Assembly (NCBI GenBank): GCA_037446635.1
Contig: JBBIIG010000008.1
Span: forward strand, 53,184-110,530
From: a bacterium
Lineage (GTDB): Bacteria; Zhuqueibacterota; Zhuqueibacteria; Oceanimicrobiales; Oceanimicrobiaceae
Direction of reading: 5' to 3'
Length of the DNA stretch: 57,347 nucleotides
The translations under genes and the position numbers were made by a program. The notes under the pieces were generated by a model that had not been told where the DNA came from, searched no databases, and worked only from the letters and a program-made list of their open reading frames with translations. Of this stretch, positions 30,416 through 40,541 are shown in pieces (the stretch's first letter is position 1; every line of letters begins with the position of its first letter).

Positions 30416-32287
30416 ATGCGAGGCTGTGAGCGAGTTTTAGTGATACTTTTTTTAAAAACTATGATAACCGATTTGGCAATTGCCCAGACGCCCCAACCAA
30501 ATATTCTTGCGCCGCGCGCGGTTCAGCTTATTTTTAACCAGAACTTAAATATTTACGAATGGCTCTACGGCCTGAGTTTTCAAAAGTCGTTTGCAAACGG
30601 AATCGACTTCAAAATTAGAGAGGAGTTCCGTTCCACTTTGCAGAGAACTTCTACGGACGATTTGTGGAAAGACAACCAAAGCCTGGTAGTAAATTTGAGC
30701 TATCCGCTCGCTAAAGTCAGCAAAGTTAACGCGCGGATGTTTTCTCATATTTTGTCCGACCCCCTGGCGCGTTTTGATAACGATGTCTCCTTTTACGCCG
30801 GCGCGCTGGGGGTGAGTTTTCAGCCGCGTTCCAACTTTTATGTTTCGACCAACGTCAGCAGCAAATGGCAATCGCAGCTTGCGCGCGCGGATCAGGGATT
30901 CGGCTATGATCTCACGGCGCAGCTTTCCGACGCCGTTTTAGATGACTACTATAACGATTTTTTTTTCAGCGGCGGTCAGGATTTTTTTCCGTTACGAAGA
31001 AACGAAGATTTAAAAATCCGCTACGAAATCAAACGCCAATTCTATCAAGCCACCGCCGACACCCTGACGGTATTTTTCGACCGCTTGCGCCGCGACAACT
31101 TCGATATCGCGGACGGGAATTATTTCGTCAGAAAATTAACCCAAACCGCGCGCGGGGTTAAAAACCACCTGAGCTATCGCATTGCAGAGGGCGCGACGCT
31201 CTTCTTCACAAATTACCTCGCCTCCAACACATTCAGAATCGATAATATATTTGATGGGGATAGCGCCGATGTCAGCAAAGACGACGCCGGCTTCGAGTCG
31301 CGGCACTCGGCTCATTTTTTCTGGCATCGTGAAAATTGGTTCAACAGCGTGGGTTGGAACTTTAACCTGCGCACCCGCGACGATCGTCGCGTCAGCTCGG
31401 AGCCGCTGGACCCCTTCGGGCGCCACCCCTCGCTGGGCTTTGATACCGATGAGACGTTTGTGAAATTAGAATGGAGTTCGGGGCTGAGAGTAACTTCCCG
31501 CGATTCCCTCGGCTGGTTCGCCTCGGCTTCCAAATTCAAATATGACACGTCGGACACCTTGGCGCCGAACAACCACGATCAATTGCGTTGGCAGATGACG
31601 CTTTCGCACCAGCATCAATTTAGTCGGGACTTAAAACTGCTCTGGCGCGGCAGCGTGTTTTTAAATCATCTGGTTTATATTTCTGGCCAGTTCAGCAGCG
31701 GCAACAACTGGGAACGGGTCGTCCAGCTCACTCCGACGATTTTCTACGAGCCCAGCCCTGTTTTCAAGCTGCAACAAAATTTTACGGTGCGCGCCAAGTA
31801 TCAAACGTATGATTTTGATGACCCGATTACCAGCACCCGCAACATCGCCAATCGCCAGTTTATCATGGCAAGCATCTGCACCCTGGCCCCAACCGATCAA
31901 ACAAAGGTTGAGTTTTCGGCATCGCTGGAACTTGCGGAGCAAGGCAAATTTTTTTATAATAATTGGCGCCAGCAACTGGCGCTTTCTTGGCTCAGTCAGG
32001 ACTTGCTGCTTTTGATAAAAAGGCAATTGGCCAGTGCGCTCCAGCTTTCGATTGGCGGCAGTTTATTTCATCAAGCGCGCTGGAACCACAGGTTCAGCTC
32101 GCAGGGAGGGCTGACAAAAACGTTGAGGGACAAACACACCAATGTTGGGCCAATTTTAGAGATGAGGTTCCGACCGAACCCGTCGTTGGAAGTCGCGTTT
32201 TACGGTAACATGCAGATAGTTTATTCTTCGCAGCGGCAAACGGAGCGCATCAACCGCTTTGATTTGAACTTGCACTGGCTTTTTTAA
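30416..32287 (+). CDS. Hypothetical protein, putative outer-membrane beta-barrel
   Basis: Signal-like N-terminus, alternating amphipathic strands rich in aromatics, and C-terminal LNLHWLF. Confidence 0.6.
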   Translation: MRGCERVLVILFLKTMITDLAIAQTPQPNILAPRAVQLIFNQNLNIYEWLYGLSFQKSFANGIDFKIREEFRSTLQRTSTDDLWKDNQSLVVNLSYPLAKVSKVNARMFSHILSDPLARFDNDVSFYAGALGVSFQPRSNFYVSTNVSSKWQSQLARADQGFGYDLTAQLSDAVLDDYYNDFFFSGGQDFFPLRRNEDLKIRYEIKRQFYQATADTLTVFFDRLRRDNFDIADGNYFVRKLTQTARGVKNHLSYRIAEGATLFFTNYLASNTFRIDNIFDGDSADVSKDDAGFESRHSAHFFWHRENWFNSVGWNFNLRTRDDRRVSSEPLDPFGRHPSLGFDTDETFVKLEWSSGLRVTSRDSLGWFASASKFKYDTSDTLAPNNHDQLRWQMTLSHQHQFSRDLKLLWRGSVFLNHLVYISGQFSSGNNWERVVQLTPTIFYEPSPVFKLQQNFTVRAKYQTYDFDDPITSTRNIANRQFIMASICTLAPTDQTKVEFSASLELAEQGKFFYNNWRQQLALSWLSQDLLLLIKRQLASALQLSIGGSLFHQARWNHRFSSQGGLTKTLRDKHTNVGPILEMRFRPNPSLEVAFYGNMQIVYSSQRQTERINRFDLNLHWLF

Positions 32288-32301
32288 CGAAAGGAACAAC
32301 T

Positions 32302-32724
32302 GTGGGTGGGAAAAAGAGTAAAACATTTGAAATGACCATCCCGAGCAGCCTCGAATACATTGAGTCCGTGGAAAAGCTTGCCGAAAAGGCCGCCAACGCC
32401 ATGAAGTTTAGCGAGGAGGAAAAGGACAGTTTAGCGATTGCTGTCACTGAGGCGGTGAATAACGCCATCATTCACGGCAACAAGCAAAACAAGAACAAAA
32501 AAGTCTTCATCAGCTTTCAATTAGAGGACAAGCGCCTGATGGTTTCGATTGTTGATCAGGGCAAGGGCTTTAATCCCAAAAACTTGAGCGATCCCCTGGC
32601 TCCGGAAAATCTTTTGAAAGAGAGCGGCCGCGGAATTTTTATTCTATCGACCTTGATGGACGACGTCAGATTCGAGTTTCGGGGAAATGGTACGGAGGTC
32701 GTAATGACAAAAGAAAAGAAATAG
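32302..32724 (+). CDS. Anti-sigma factor / RsbW-like HATPase
   Basis: AVTEAVNNAIIHGN, DQGKGF and SGRGIF motifs. Confidence 0.88.
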   Translation: MGGKKSKTFEMTIPSSLEYIESVEKLAEKAANAMKFSEEEKDSLAIAVTEAVNNAIIHGNKQNKNKKVFISFQLEDKRLMVSIVDQGKGFNPKNLSDPLAPENLLKESGRGIFILSTLMDDVRFEFRGNGTEVVMTKEKK

Positions 32725-32732
32725 ACTCTTGT

Positions 32733-33797
32733 TTAGCGCCGGTCCATTTCGGCGCGGCTCGTTTTAACCCCTGCCTTATTTTTACTCTCATTCAGTTCTC
32801 CCCCACCTTGAAGTTGGTTAATATCTGGCATTGAATACGCCTGAGAGCCGCTTCTTTCAATCAGCGAGATGCGCAAAATCTGACCGGGAACGATGAGGTG
32901 TTCATTCTGCAAGTCTGAGTTTATAGCAAGTATCACGGGAAATTTTAGCGGATCGCCATAAAATGCGTGCGCGATTTTGGAGAGGGAGTCGCCAGCTTTT
33001 ACTGTGTAATTTACGAAGTGCGCGTCTGCCGCCGGGATTCGAAGCTTTTGACCGGGATGAATCACGTTGGGATCGGTTAAAACGTCTTGATTGGCGGTAA
33101 ATATATCCGGGAATTTCATGGGATCGCCATAAAATTGTTTGGCTATCTTGGAAAGCCAGTCGCCCTTGCGAACTGTGTAGTAAACAAAGTCGTCTTTGGG
33201 CGGCACGGGTTCGTTTGCAAAGAAAGTAGAATCCGCATTTTCAGGTGGCTCGGCGCCGTCATCTAACACTTCGATTGGAACCGGCGAAGTTTCTTGTAAA
33301 GTCCCGCTTTCGGCTTCGTCAAACATTTTTGCTGGCGCCGTTGCTAATTCTGGCAGCCAGTCAATGTTGTCATTGATCACAAACGTCCCGCTTTGGTTAG
33401 CATAGAGCTCGAAGGGCGCAACATACTCCATCAACAACGTCGAGGCCAGTAGCTTGCTCTTAGAATCTTGAGGAACATATTGGCCGACGATTAGCGCTTT
33501 ATAAACGCCATCCTCAAGATCGGTCAGGAAAAAGCGATACGACGCGGTGCTATTCAAGGGAATGAGATGGCTATCGCTGCTCACTCGGCTGCGATGTTTC
33601 CCGGAGTCGTCGTAAATATCTGCCCATAAAAAAATATTCAAGGAGTCGCTGGAGGCATTTTGAACTTCCACTTGCAAAATGGAAGTCGAATCCCGGCGAA
33701 AAATGCTGACATCGGTCAGCCGCAATTCGCGGCTCAACAAGGAGGTCAGTTGGCCGAAAAATAGTAAAAAGAAAAGTAAGACCGCGCGTTTAAACAT
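32733..33797 (-). CDS. Exported protein with two LysM domains
   Basis: YTVRKGDWLSKIA...IHPGQKLRIP and YTVKAGDSLSKIA...IVPGQILRI. Signal peptide present. Confidence 0.88.
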   Translation of the reverse strand: MFKRAVLLFFLLFFGQLTSLLSRELRLTDVSIFRRDSTSILQVEVQNASSDSLNIFLWADIYDDSGKHRSRVSSDSHLIPLNSTASYRFFLTDLEDGVYKALIVGQYVPQDSKSKLLASTLLMEYVAPFELYANQSGTFVINDNIDWLPELATAPAKMFDEAESGTLQETSPVPIEVLDDGAEPPENADSTFFANEPVPPKDDFVYYTVRKGDWLSKIAKQFYGDPMKFPDIFTANQDVLTDPNVIHPGQKLRIPAADAHFVNYTVKAGDSLSKIAHAFYGDPLKFPVILAINSDLQNEHLIVPGQILRISLIERSGSQAYSMPDINQLQGGGELNESKNKAGVKTSRAEMDRR

Positions 33798-33836
33798 TGG
33801 AGTTAGCTAAGATATGGTCTACGATTCATTCCATAA

Positions 33837-33852
33837 AGCAATTTTTGTACCA
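33837..33852 (-). promoter_or_regulatory. Sigma54 (-24/-12) promoter for the LysM gene
   Basis: TGGTAC-AAAAA-TTGCT on the minus strand, with exact GG-N10-GC spacing, 40 bp upstream of the ATG. Confidence 0.7.
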
Positions 33853-33869
33853 CAGATATGCCCATTTAA

Positions 33870-33882
33870 TTTCAATAACTTA
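33870..33882. promoter_or_regulatory. IHF-like binding site
   Basis: TTTCAATAACTTA compared with consensus WATCAANNNNTTR. Lies just upstream of the sigma54 promoter. Confidence 0.5.
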
Positions 33883-34091
33883 AGCCGTGCGAAATGGCGG
33901 ACAGGATGACTTAAAATTAGACATTGTATTGGAATCGAACGGGGGTACAAAACAAGATTGCCCGATGCCATCTATTCATCGGCTATCAAAGCGCAATTCT
34001 TTAACGGTTGCCTATTTGAGCAGACTATTCGGCAAGGGCAAGAAAAAGAGATTGTTTCGTTTTGTTTTCTAAGGAAGTTACTCGTTCGAGT

Positions 34092-34143
34092 GATTGCTTC
34101 GGCCCAGCCTCCGGCGGGCAGGCAAAAGCGCTTCGCAGTGACA
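34092..34143. repeat. Half copy of the GATTGCTTCG...TCGCAGTGACA element with a nested GGGCAGGC palindrome remnant
   Basis: Colinear with 53053-53104. Confidence 0.7.
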
Positions 34144-34282
34144 GGACAGGATTACTTTTTGGGCGGCTCCGGCAGGTTGAATTCTAAATCCCTGACCGTA
34201 CCGGAAATTTTGAAATGAATTAGCGAGGGGACGGTGATCATTTAAATTCTCGTAGTTATCGGTATTCTATCAATTACAACTT

Positions 34283-35458
34283 CTACTCAGGTAAAAGCTG
34301 CAACAAAATCCGACGCACGTTTTCACCAATGATGAGCTTGATTTCTGGCCGCGAAAATCCGGCTTTGAGCAAAGCATCGGTGAGATAAACCATGCCGGCG
34401 GCATCAAAAGGCGTGGTCACGGCGCCGTCAAAATCCGAGCCTAATGCCACATGCTCTGGCCCCACCACATTAACCGCGTATCGAATAGTTTTCACAATAG
34501 CGTCAATATTCTGACCGCAGGTGGCGCCGTCAAAGTATGCCATACCGATGATCCCGCCGGCCGCCGCGATGGCTTTGAGGTGCTTATCGCTGAGATTGCG
34601 GACAGTATTGCAAACGCCGCGAACGCCCGTGTGCGAAACCACTACTGGTCGGGTAGCTATTTCTAACACGTCATCGATAGTTTGCGGGGAGGCGTGGGCG
34701 AGATCGACGATCATGCCAAGCTCTTCCATTTTTTGAATGACCAGTCGTCCGAAGTCCGTCAAGCCGCCCTTTTGGATTCCGTGAGCGGAGCCGCCAACCT
34801 CGGTGTCAAAAAAGTGGCTGGGAGACATCATGCGAAATCCAGCAGCGAATAGCATATTGAGGTTATCTAACTTGCCCTCTAAGACCTGCGCCCCTTCGAT
34901 TCCCAAAAATCCAGCGGTGATGCCGGGGGTTTTCTCACGGAGCGCGATGTAAATTTCCAACTCTTTTTTTGAAGTGATGATCGAGAATTTTCCCTGCGAG
35001 CGCGCCGCGAATTCAAACAACTTCTCCGCCTGAAACAGCGCCCGTTCTTTGAGGCTGAACCACGTGGCGATTGGCCAGCGCTGGAAAATCGCCAGCGCCG
35101 TGATCATGTCCGTTTTGTCGTCGTTGCTTTCAAAATTCAGGCCGAATGGTGTTTTAGAGACGATACTAAATGCTTGCAGCGCCACGTTTCCTTCGATGAG
35201 GCGCGGGATATCAACGTGGCCGCGGCGGGCGCGCTGCAAAAGATCGCGATTCCACAGAAGGGCGTCGGCGTGCAGGTCGGCAATCCAAATTGTTTCATGA
35301 AGATATCGTGCGGAGTCGGACGGCGCCGACAGTGGAGCACGTGTCAAGCCGTTTGCAGATGTTTCTACTATTGCCGGCAGCGCATAAAATAAAAACGCCA
35401 ATAAAACGAATAAACCAATTGCAAGACCCAATAGTCCAGTTCTGATTCGAGAAGCCAT
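34283..35458 (-). CDS. Membrane dipeptidase (peptidase M19)
   Basis: DLHAD, GIEG, VDLAHAS, SHTG, RNLSD and LGSDFDG motifs. Confidence 0.9.
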   Translation of the reverse strand: MASRIRTGLLGLAIGLFVLLAFLFYALPAIVETSANGLTRAPLSAPSDSARYLHETIWIADLHADALLWNRDLLQRARRGHVDIPRLIEGNVALQAFSIVSKTPFGLNFESNDDKTDMITALAIFQRWPIATWFSLKERALFQAEKLFEFAARSQGKFSIITSKKELEIYIALREKTPGITAGFLGIEGAQVLEGKLDNLNMLFAAGFRMMSPSHFFDTEVGGSAHGIQKGGLTDFGRLVIQKMEELGMIVDLAHASPQTIDDVLEIATRPVVVSHTGVRGVCNTVRNLSDKHLKAIAAAGGIIGMAYFDGATCGQNIDAIVKTIRYAVNVVGPEHVALGSDFDGAVTTPFDAAGMVYLTDALLKAGFSRPEIKLIIGENVRRILLQLLPE

Positions 35459-35722
35459 TTTGTTTTGCCAATTTAAATTTATGAGTAAAATAAGTGTTGG
35501 CGTTGCTAAAAGTCAAGAGGTGAGGAATCTCTACGCATCACCTTGCCGTGAAATCTTCATTACTTCCGGAGCACGAGATGAGAAAGACGTCCGTGCTCCC
35601 CAAAAGACTGGCCATCAAAATTGCAACCAAACTGAAGCGTTCATATCCACAAAAAAACTCTTGAAAAAACCTTCGTCCCGCAGTAAATTTTGCATCACGA
35701 ATTTTTAAAATGAGGAAGAAGT

Positions 35723-37591
35723 ATGGCAGCAAAAACCCCAAAACCTGTAATCGAAGAATTCGAATACAAGGCCGAGATGAAGCAATTGCTTCATCTGATC
35801 ATTCATTCTCTTTACACCCATCCCGAAGTTTTTTTACGCGAGCTGATTTCCAACGCCTCCGATGCGCTCAACAAAATCCGCTTCCGTATGTTGACCGATT
35901 CCAACGTCGTCGATAAAGACGCGGATTTGAAAATCACCATTGAGGTCGATTCCAAAGAACACACGTTTTCTATTGAAGACACCGGCATCGGCATGACCAA
36001 AGAAGAGCTTATTAATGAAATCGGCACGGTGGCGCATTCCGGTACGCTGGAATTTTTGAAGCAGATGCGCGAGAATGGAAAACAGACTTTGGATGCGAAT
36101 CTGATTGGGCAGTTCGGCGTGGGATTCTATTCGGTGTTCATGGTCACCGATGAGGTCACTATCGAAACCCGCCCCGCGGATCTGGACTCGAAGGGCTATC
36201 GCTGGAAATCCGATGGCGCCGGCAAATTCACCATCAAAGAAATCGATCGCAAGGCGCGCGGCACGAAAATCAGCTTCAAACTCAAAGACGAACACAAAGA
36301 TTTCGCGGAGGAATATCGCGTCAAAGCCATCATTAAAAAATATTCAAACTTTGTGGATTTCCCGATTTTCGTCGGCAAAGAAAGAATCAACGTGGTGAGC
36401 GCGCTCTGGCACAAGCCGAAGGATCAAATCAAAGAAGAGGAGCTGGTCGAATTCTACAAATTCATCTCCAACGATTTCAGCCCGCCGTTGGGACATCTGC
36501 ACCTGTCCATTGAGGGCTCGGTGAATTTCAAAGCGCTGATTTTTGTGCCGGAAACCGCGCCGCCGTTTTTCATGCGCGAGCATCTCGAGCAATCGCTGCA
36601 TCTTTACTCCAACAAAATCTTCATTCAATCCGACTGCAAAGAGCTGCTGCCGGAGTATTTGCGCTTTTTGAAGGGCGTGGTGGATACTGAAGACTTGCCG
36701 CTGAACGTCTCGCGCGAAGTCACGCAGTCCAGTCCGGTAATGACGAAAATCCGCAACGTGATCACCAACAAAAGTTTAGGATTTCTGGAAGAGTGGGCGA
36801 AGAACGAGAAAAATAAGTACGAAAAGTTTTACAAAAACTTTGGGCCGATTTTCAAAACCGGGGTGAACAGCGATTTCGCCAACAAAGAAAAGATCATTAA
36901 CCTGTTGCGTTTCGAGTCCACGAAGGTAGCGAAGGGCGAGTGGACCTCGCTGCAGGAATACGTCGCGCGGATGAAGCCGGAGCAGAAAGAAATCTATTAT
37001 CTCTCCGGCGAAAATCGTGATGCCATCGAGCGCAATCCCAATCTCGAGTACTTCAAAAAGAACGATCTCGAGGTGCTGCTGCTCACCGATCCGTTCGATG
37101 TGTTTATCGTGCCGTCGCTGCACGAGTACGACAAGAAACCGCTCAAGTCCATCGATCAGGCGGATCTGGAGATCAAACAAGATGCTGCGGCGCAGAAAGA
37201 CGCGTTAGGCGAGGAGTTATCGAAGCGTTTGATCGAGATTTTCAAGAAAACATTAGGCGATAAAGTGGAAGACGTGATCGCCTCGAAGCGTCTCGTGGAT
37301 TCTGCGGCAACGCTCGTTGTGGGCAAAGAGGGGATGGACAAGCAGATGGAAAAGATGATGAAGTTGATGAACAAAGATTACGCGGGATCAAAAAAGATTC
37401 TCGAAATCAATCTCTCGCATCCGCTGATCAAGAACTTAGGCAAGCGCATTCTCGCCGATGAAAGCGATCCGGTGTTGCGCAACAGCATTCTGCAGTTGTA
37501 TGAAGGCGCGCTGCTCATCGAAGGGAATTTGGCTTCACCGACGGAGTTCGTGAGCCGGATGACGGAGTTGATGGTAGCGGCGACGCGGTAG
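35723..37591 (+). CDS. htpG: Molecular chaperone Hsp90
   Basis: FLRELISNASDAL, DTGIGM, IGQFGVGFYS and DLPLNVSRE motifs. Confidence 0.97.
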   Translation: MAAKTPKPVIEEFEYKAEMKQLLHLIIHSLYTHPEVFLRELISNASDALNKIRFRMLTDSNVVDKDADLKITIEVDSKEHTFSIEDTGIGMTKEELINEIGTVAHSGTLEFLKQMRENGKQTLDANLIGQFGVGFYSVFMVTDEVTIETRPADLDSKGYRWKSDGAGKFTIKEIDRKARGTKISFKLKDEHKDFAEEYRVKAIIKKYSNFVDFPIFVGKERINVVSALWHKPKDQIKEEELVEFYKFISNDFSPPLGHLHLSIEGSVNFKALIFVPETAPPFFMREHLEQSLHLYSNKIFIQSDCKELLPEYLRFLKGVVDTEDLPLNVSREVTQSSPVMTKIRNVITNKSLGFLEEWAKNEKNKYEKFYKNFGPIFKTGVNSDFANKEKIINLLRFESTKVAKGEWTSLQEYVARMKPEQKEIYYLSGENRDAIERNPNLEYFKKNDLEVLLLTDPFDVFIVPSLHEYDKKPLKSIDQADLEIKQDAAAQKDALGEELSKRLIEIFKKTLGDKVEDVIASKRLVDSAATLVVGKEGMDKQMEKMMKLMNKDYAGSKKILEINLSHPLIKNLGKRILADESDPVLRNSILQLYEGALLIEGNLASPTEFVSRMTELMVAATR

Positions 37592-37594
37592 CGT

Positions 37595-37684
37595 GTGGAG
37601 CGAAGAGCGGAGAGCGGGATGGGGCAAGAAAAATGACCGCTTCGCTCTTCGCTCCACGCTCTTTTGCCTTACACTCTACGCGCT
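37595..37684. repeat. GAGCGAA-type heptamer repeats forming a 15-bp perfect inverted repeat between convergent genes (possible terminator)
   Basis: GTGGAGCGAAGAGCG (37595-37609) and CGCTCTTCGCTCCAC (37643-37657). Confidence 0.75.
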
Positions 37685-39079
37685 TTACATTTCCAGCTCA
37701 AAACTCTCCCCATATTTCGGAATCACCACCTGCCATCCCAACACCGAGCGGATTTTTTCGGCGAGCGCCGTAGCGGCAGCCGGCTCTCCATGCACCAAAA
37801 AGGTTTTCTCCGGCGGTCGGTTGAACCCCATAAGCCACGCGAGAATTTCGTTGTAGTCAGCGTGGCCGGAGTAGCCGGAGATCATCTCCACTTTTGCGCC
37901 GACTTCCACTTGCTGCCCATGAATTTTCACCGTGGGCTGGCCGTCGAGGATGGCACGGCCGCGCGTGCCCTCGGCCTGGTAGCCGATGAACAAGATCGTG
38001 TTCTTCGGATTGGGCAGCCGTTTCACTAAGTGATGCAGAACGCGGCCGCCGGTGATCATGCCGCTGGAAGAAATGAGAATCGCCCGGCTCTTCACTTCGT
38101 CAATGGCTTTGGATTGCTTGCGCTTGCGGGCAAACGTGACGTTGCGCGGTTCGAGAATGTGCTTGCCGTTCAGCTCCAATACCTTTGCTTCCAAATCGTA
38201 ATCGCTTTTATTGCGCTCGAAGACGTCGGTGGCGTTCAAGGCCATCGGAGAGTCCACGTAAATGGGCAGCGGCGGAATTTTGCCCTGTTCTTCCAATTCG
38301 CGGATGTCGAACAACAGCGTTTGGGTTCGGCCCACGGCAAACGCCGGGATGAGCAGCACGCCGCCGCGCTCCACGCTTTGATTGATGACGCGCGCCAGAT
38401 CCTCTTTGGCGGAGTTTTGCTCGTGCAGCCGATCGCCGTACGTGGATTCCAAAATCAAATAATCGACATTGAAGACCTGCACCGGATCGCGCAGGATGGG
38501 CACGCCCGGCCGGCCGAGGTCGCCGCTGAAGAGTACTTTGCGCGACTCGTTGCCGTGGCGAGTTTTAAATTCCACGAACGCGGAGCCGAGGATATGGCCG
38601 GCGTCTTTGAATTTCACCCGTAACTGATCGGCGAGGTAAAAATCTTCACCGTAATAAAGCGGTTGGAATTTTGTCATCACGCGCTCGGCATCTTTGACGC
38701 GATAGAGCGGCAGCGCCGGGTGGTGTTTGGAGAATCCCTTTTTGTTAGCCCAGCGCGCGTCCTCCATTTGAATGTGGGCGCTGTCTTTGAGCAGAATCTC
38801 GGCCAGGTCGCGGGTGGCGGGCGTGCAGTGAATCGGCCCGGAAAAGCCGTCGCGGTGGAGGCGGGGCAGGTAGCCGCTGTGGTCGATGTGGGCGTGGGTC
38901 AGGAACACGCGGTCGATGGCCTTAGGCGAAACCGGAAAGCTTTCCCAGTTTTTGAGGCGGTGCTCTTTCTTGCCCTGGAACATGCCGCAGTCGATGAGGA
39001 ATTTGTGTCCCCAAATCTCGAAAAGAAAACGTGAGCCGGTGACGGTTTCGGTGGCGCCGTAAAAGGTGAGTCTGGCCAT
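37685..39079 (-). CDS. MBL-fold beta-CASP ribonuclease (YSH1-like)
   Basis: THAHIDHSG, AGHILGS, ESTYG, PAFAVGR, SGHAD and VHGE motifs. Likely start MARLTFYGA. Confidence 0.92.
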   Translation of the reverse strand: MARLTFYGATETVTGSRFLFEIWGHKFLIDCGMFQGKKEHRLKNWESFPVSPKAIDRVFLTHAHIDHSGYLPRLHRDGFSGPIHCTPATRDLAEILLKDSAHIQMEDARWANKKGFSKHHPALPLYRVKDAERVMTKFQPLYYGEDFYLADQLRVKFKDAGHILGSAFVEFKTRHGNESRKVLFSGDLGRPGVPILRDPVQVFNVDYLILESTYGDRLHEQNSAKEDLARVINQSVERGGVLLIPAFAVGRTQTLLFDIRELEEQGKIPPLPIYVDSPMALNATDVFERNKSDYDLEAKVLELNGKHILEPRNVTFARKRKQSKAIDEVKSRAILISSSGMITGGRVLHHLVKRLPNPKNTILFIGYQAEGTRGRAILDGQPTVKIHGQQVEVGAKVEMISGYSGHADYNEILAWLMGFNRPPEKTFLVHGEPAAATALAEKIRSVLGWQVVIPKYGESFELEM

Positions 39080-39225
39080 TAGCCTCCCGATGGGATTTAT
39101 GAGGAGTAAAATACTTTGTAGGGTGGGTGAAAGCAAGTAATTTTTTTGCTTGCTTTGCTCTCCCTGCCGTGCTATTTTGAATGGCATCTGAGAAATTGAA
39201 ACTGAGTTTAAAAAAACGGCCCACT

Positions 39226-40539
39226 ATGTTCAGCTCAATTCTTAAAGGCTATAATCTCCTGCTGCTGTCGATTTTCGTTTCCGGGCTGGCGCTGTTTTTG
39301 TTTTTTGTGACGCCAACCGAATTCGAGGATTTTGAAACGGATGAAGTTGAACGAATTTATTTTGCCGACAACATCTCCGCCGCTCATCGCAAAGTCATCG
39401 AAGCGTTTAACAACCAGCACCGCGGACGGCTGGAAGTGGTACCCATCGATTTGCCCTTCACCAAATTCAGCACCAACGAGCGCAAGCAACTGCTCATTCG
39501 CGCCTTGCGCAGTAAAAATTCCCGCATCGATGTTTTTGCCGTGGATATTTTTTGGATTCCCCGTTTTGCCAAATGGAGCGAGCCGCTCACCCAATATTTT
39601 ACTCCGCAGGAGCTGAACGGAATAATGAGCTACGCGCTGGAATCGTGTTATCACGACAGCGAGCTGGTGGCGATGCCGCTCTATCTGGATATCGGCGTGA
39701 TGTATTACCGCCGCGATCTGTTGCAAAACCTTCCTGACTTTGCCGCACTGGAACAGCAGCTCAAGCAATCGATCACTTGGGAAGACTTCATTAAATTACA
39801 CCAACAAATGCCGACAAACGGCCGGCCGTTTTATCTTTTTCCAAGCGACAACTACGAAGGCTTGATGTGCAGCTTCATCGAAACCTTAGCCGGGCAGCAG
39901 CTTGCGGTTTCGAGCGGCGACTTTGCGCTGGACAGCCCGCAGGCGCAGCGGGGGCTCAGCCTGTTGGTGGATCTGGTTCAAAAATACCAGATCACCCCCA
40001 TAGCGGTCACCGAATTTCGTGAAGTGGATGCCTACCAGTATGCGCTGGAAAACGATGCGCTGTTTTTCCGCGGCTGGCCGGGAAATCTCAAGCCATATTT
40101 GACCAGCTTCGAAGAAAAAGTCGAGAACATCGATGTCGCGGCGCTGCCCCATTTCAAAGGCCAAAAACCGGTGGCGGTGTTTGGCGGCTGGAACTTGATG
40201 ATCGCCAGCACCTCTACTAAAAAAGCCGCAGCGCTGGAATTTTTGAAATTCGTCGCCAGCCCGCAAACGCAAAAACTCATTTATAATGAAATGGGTTACC
40301 TGCCAACCAATGATGCCGTTTACCAGGATTCCGCCTTCGTTGCGCACCATCCAGAACTGCGGTTTTACCGCGAATATCTGCAATGCGGATTTCACCGGCC
40401 GGCGCGTGAGGAGTACACCAAAATTTCCGATATCGTTTCCTATTATGCCCGCCGCGCCATCCGCCGGGAAATCTCGGTGAACGAGGCGCTGCGCCAGGCC
40501 GTCGAGCATATCAATCTCAACAAAGTGTTGGTGTATTAA
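39226..40539 (+). CDS. Membrane-anchored extracellular solute-binding protein (family 1, sugar-type); start uncertain
   Basis: N-terminal transmembrane helix and GVMYYRRDLL, YEGL and GGWNLMI motifs. Confidence 0.8.
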   Translation: MFSSILKGYNLLLLSIFVSGLALFLFFVTPTEFEDFETDEVERIYFADNISAAHRKVIEAFNNQHRGRLEVVPIDLPFTKFSTNERKQLLIRALRSKNSRIDVFAVDIFWIPRFAKWSEPLTQYFTPQELNGIMSYALESCYHDSELVAMPLYLDIGVMYYRRDLLQNLPDFAALEQQLKQSITWEDFIKLHQQMPTNGRPFYLFPSDNYEGLMCSFIETLAGQQLAVSSGDFALDSPQAQRGLSLLVDLVQKYQITPIAVTEFREVDAYQYALENDALFFRGWPGNLKPYLTSFEEKVENIDVAALPHFKGQKPVAVFGGWNLMIASTSTKKAAALEFLKFVASPQTQKLIYNEMGYLPTNDAVYQDSAFVAHHPELRFYREYLQCGFHRPAREEYTKISDIVSYYARRAIRREISVNEALRQAVEHINLNKVLVY

Positions 40540-40541
40540 CC

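Noticed and set aside
33887..34218. Short ORFs 33887-34072 and 33958-34218
   Set aside because: They overlap a regulatory region and a repeat remnant, with no RBS or family motif.
35460..35722. CIRCE heat-shock operator or small ORFs upstream of htpG
   Set aside because: No TTAGCACTC-N9-GAGTGCTAA. Only a short GGAGCACG/CGTGCTCC inverted remnant is present, and the ORFs lack recognisable features.
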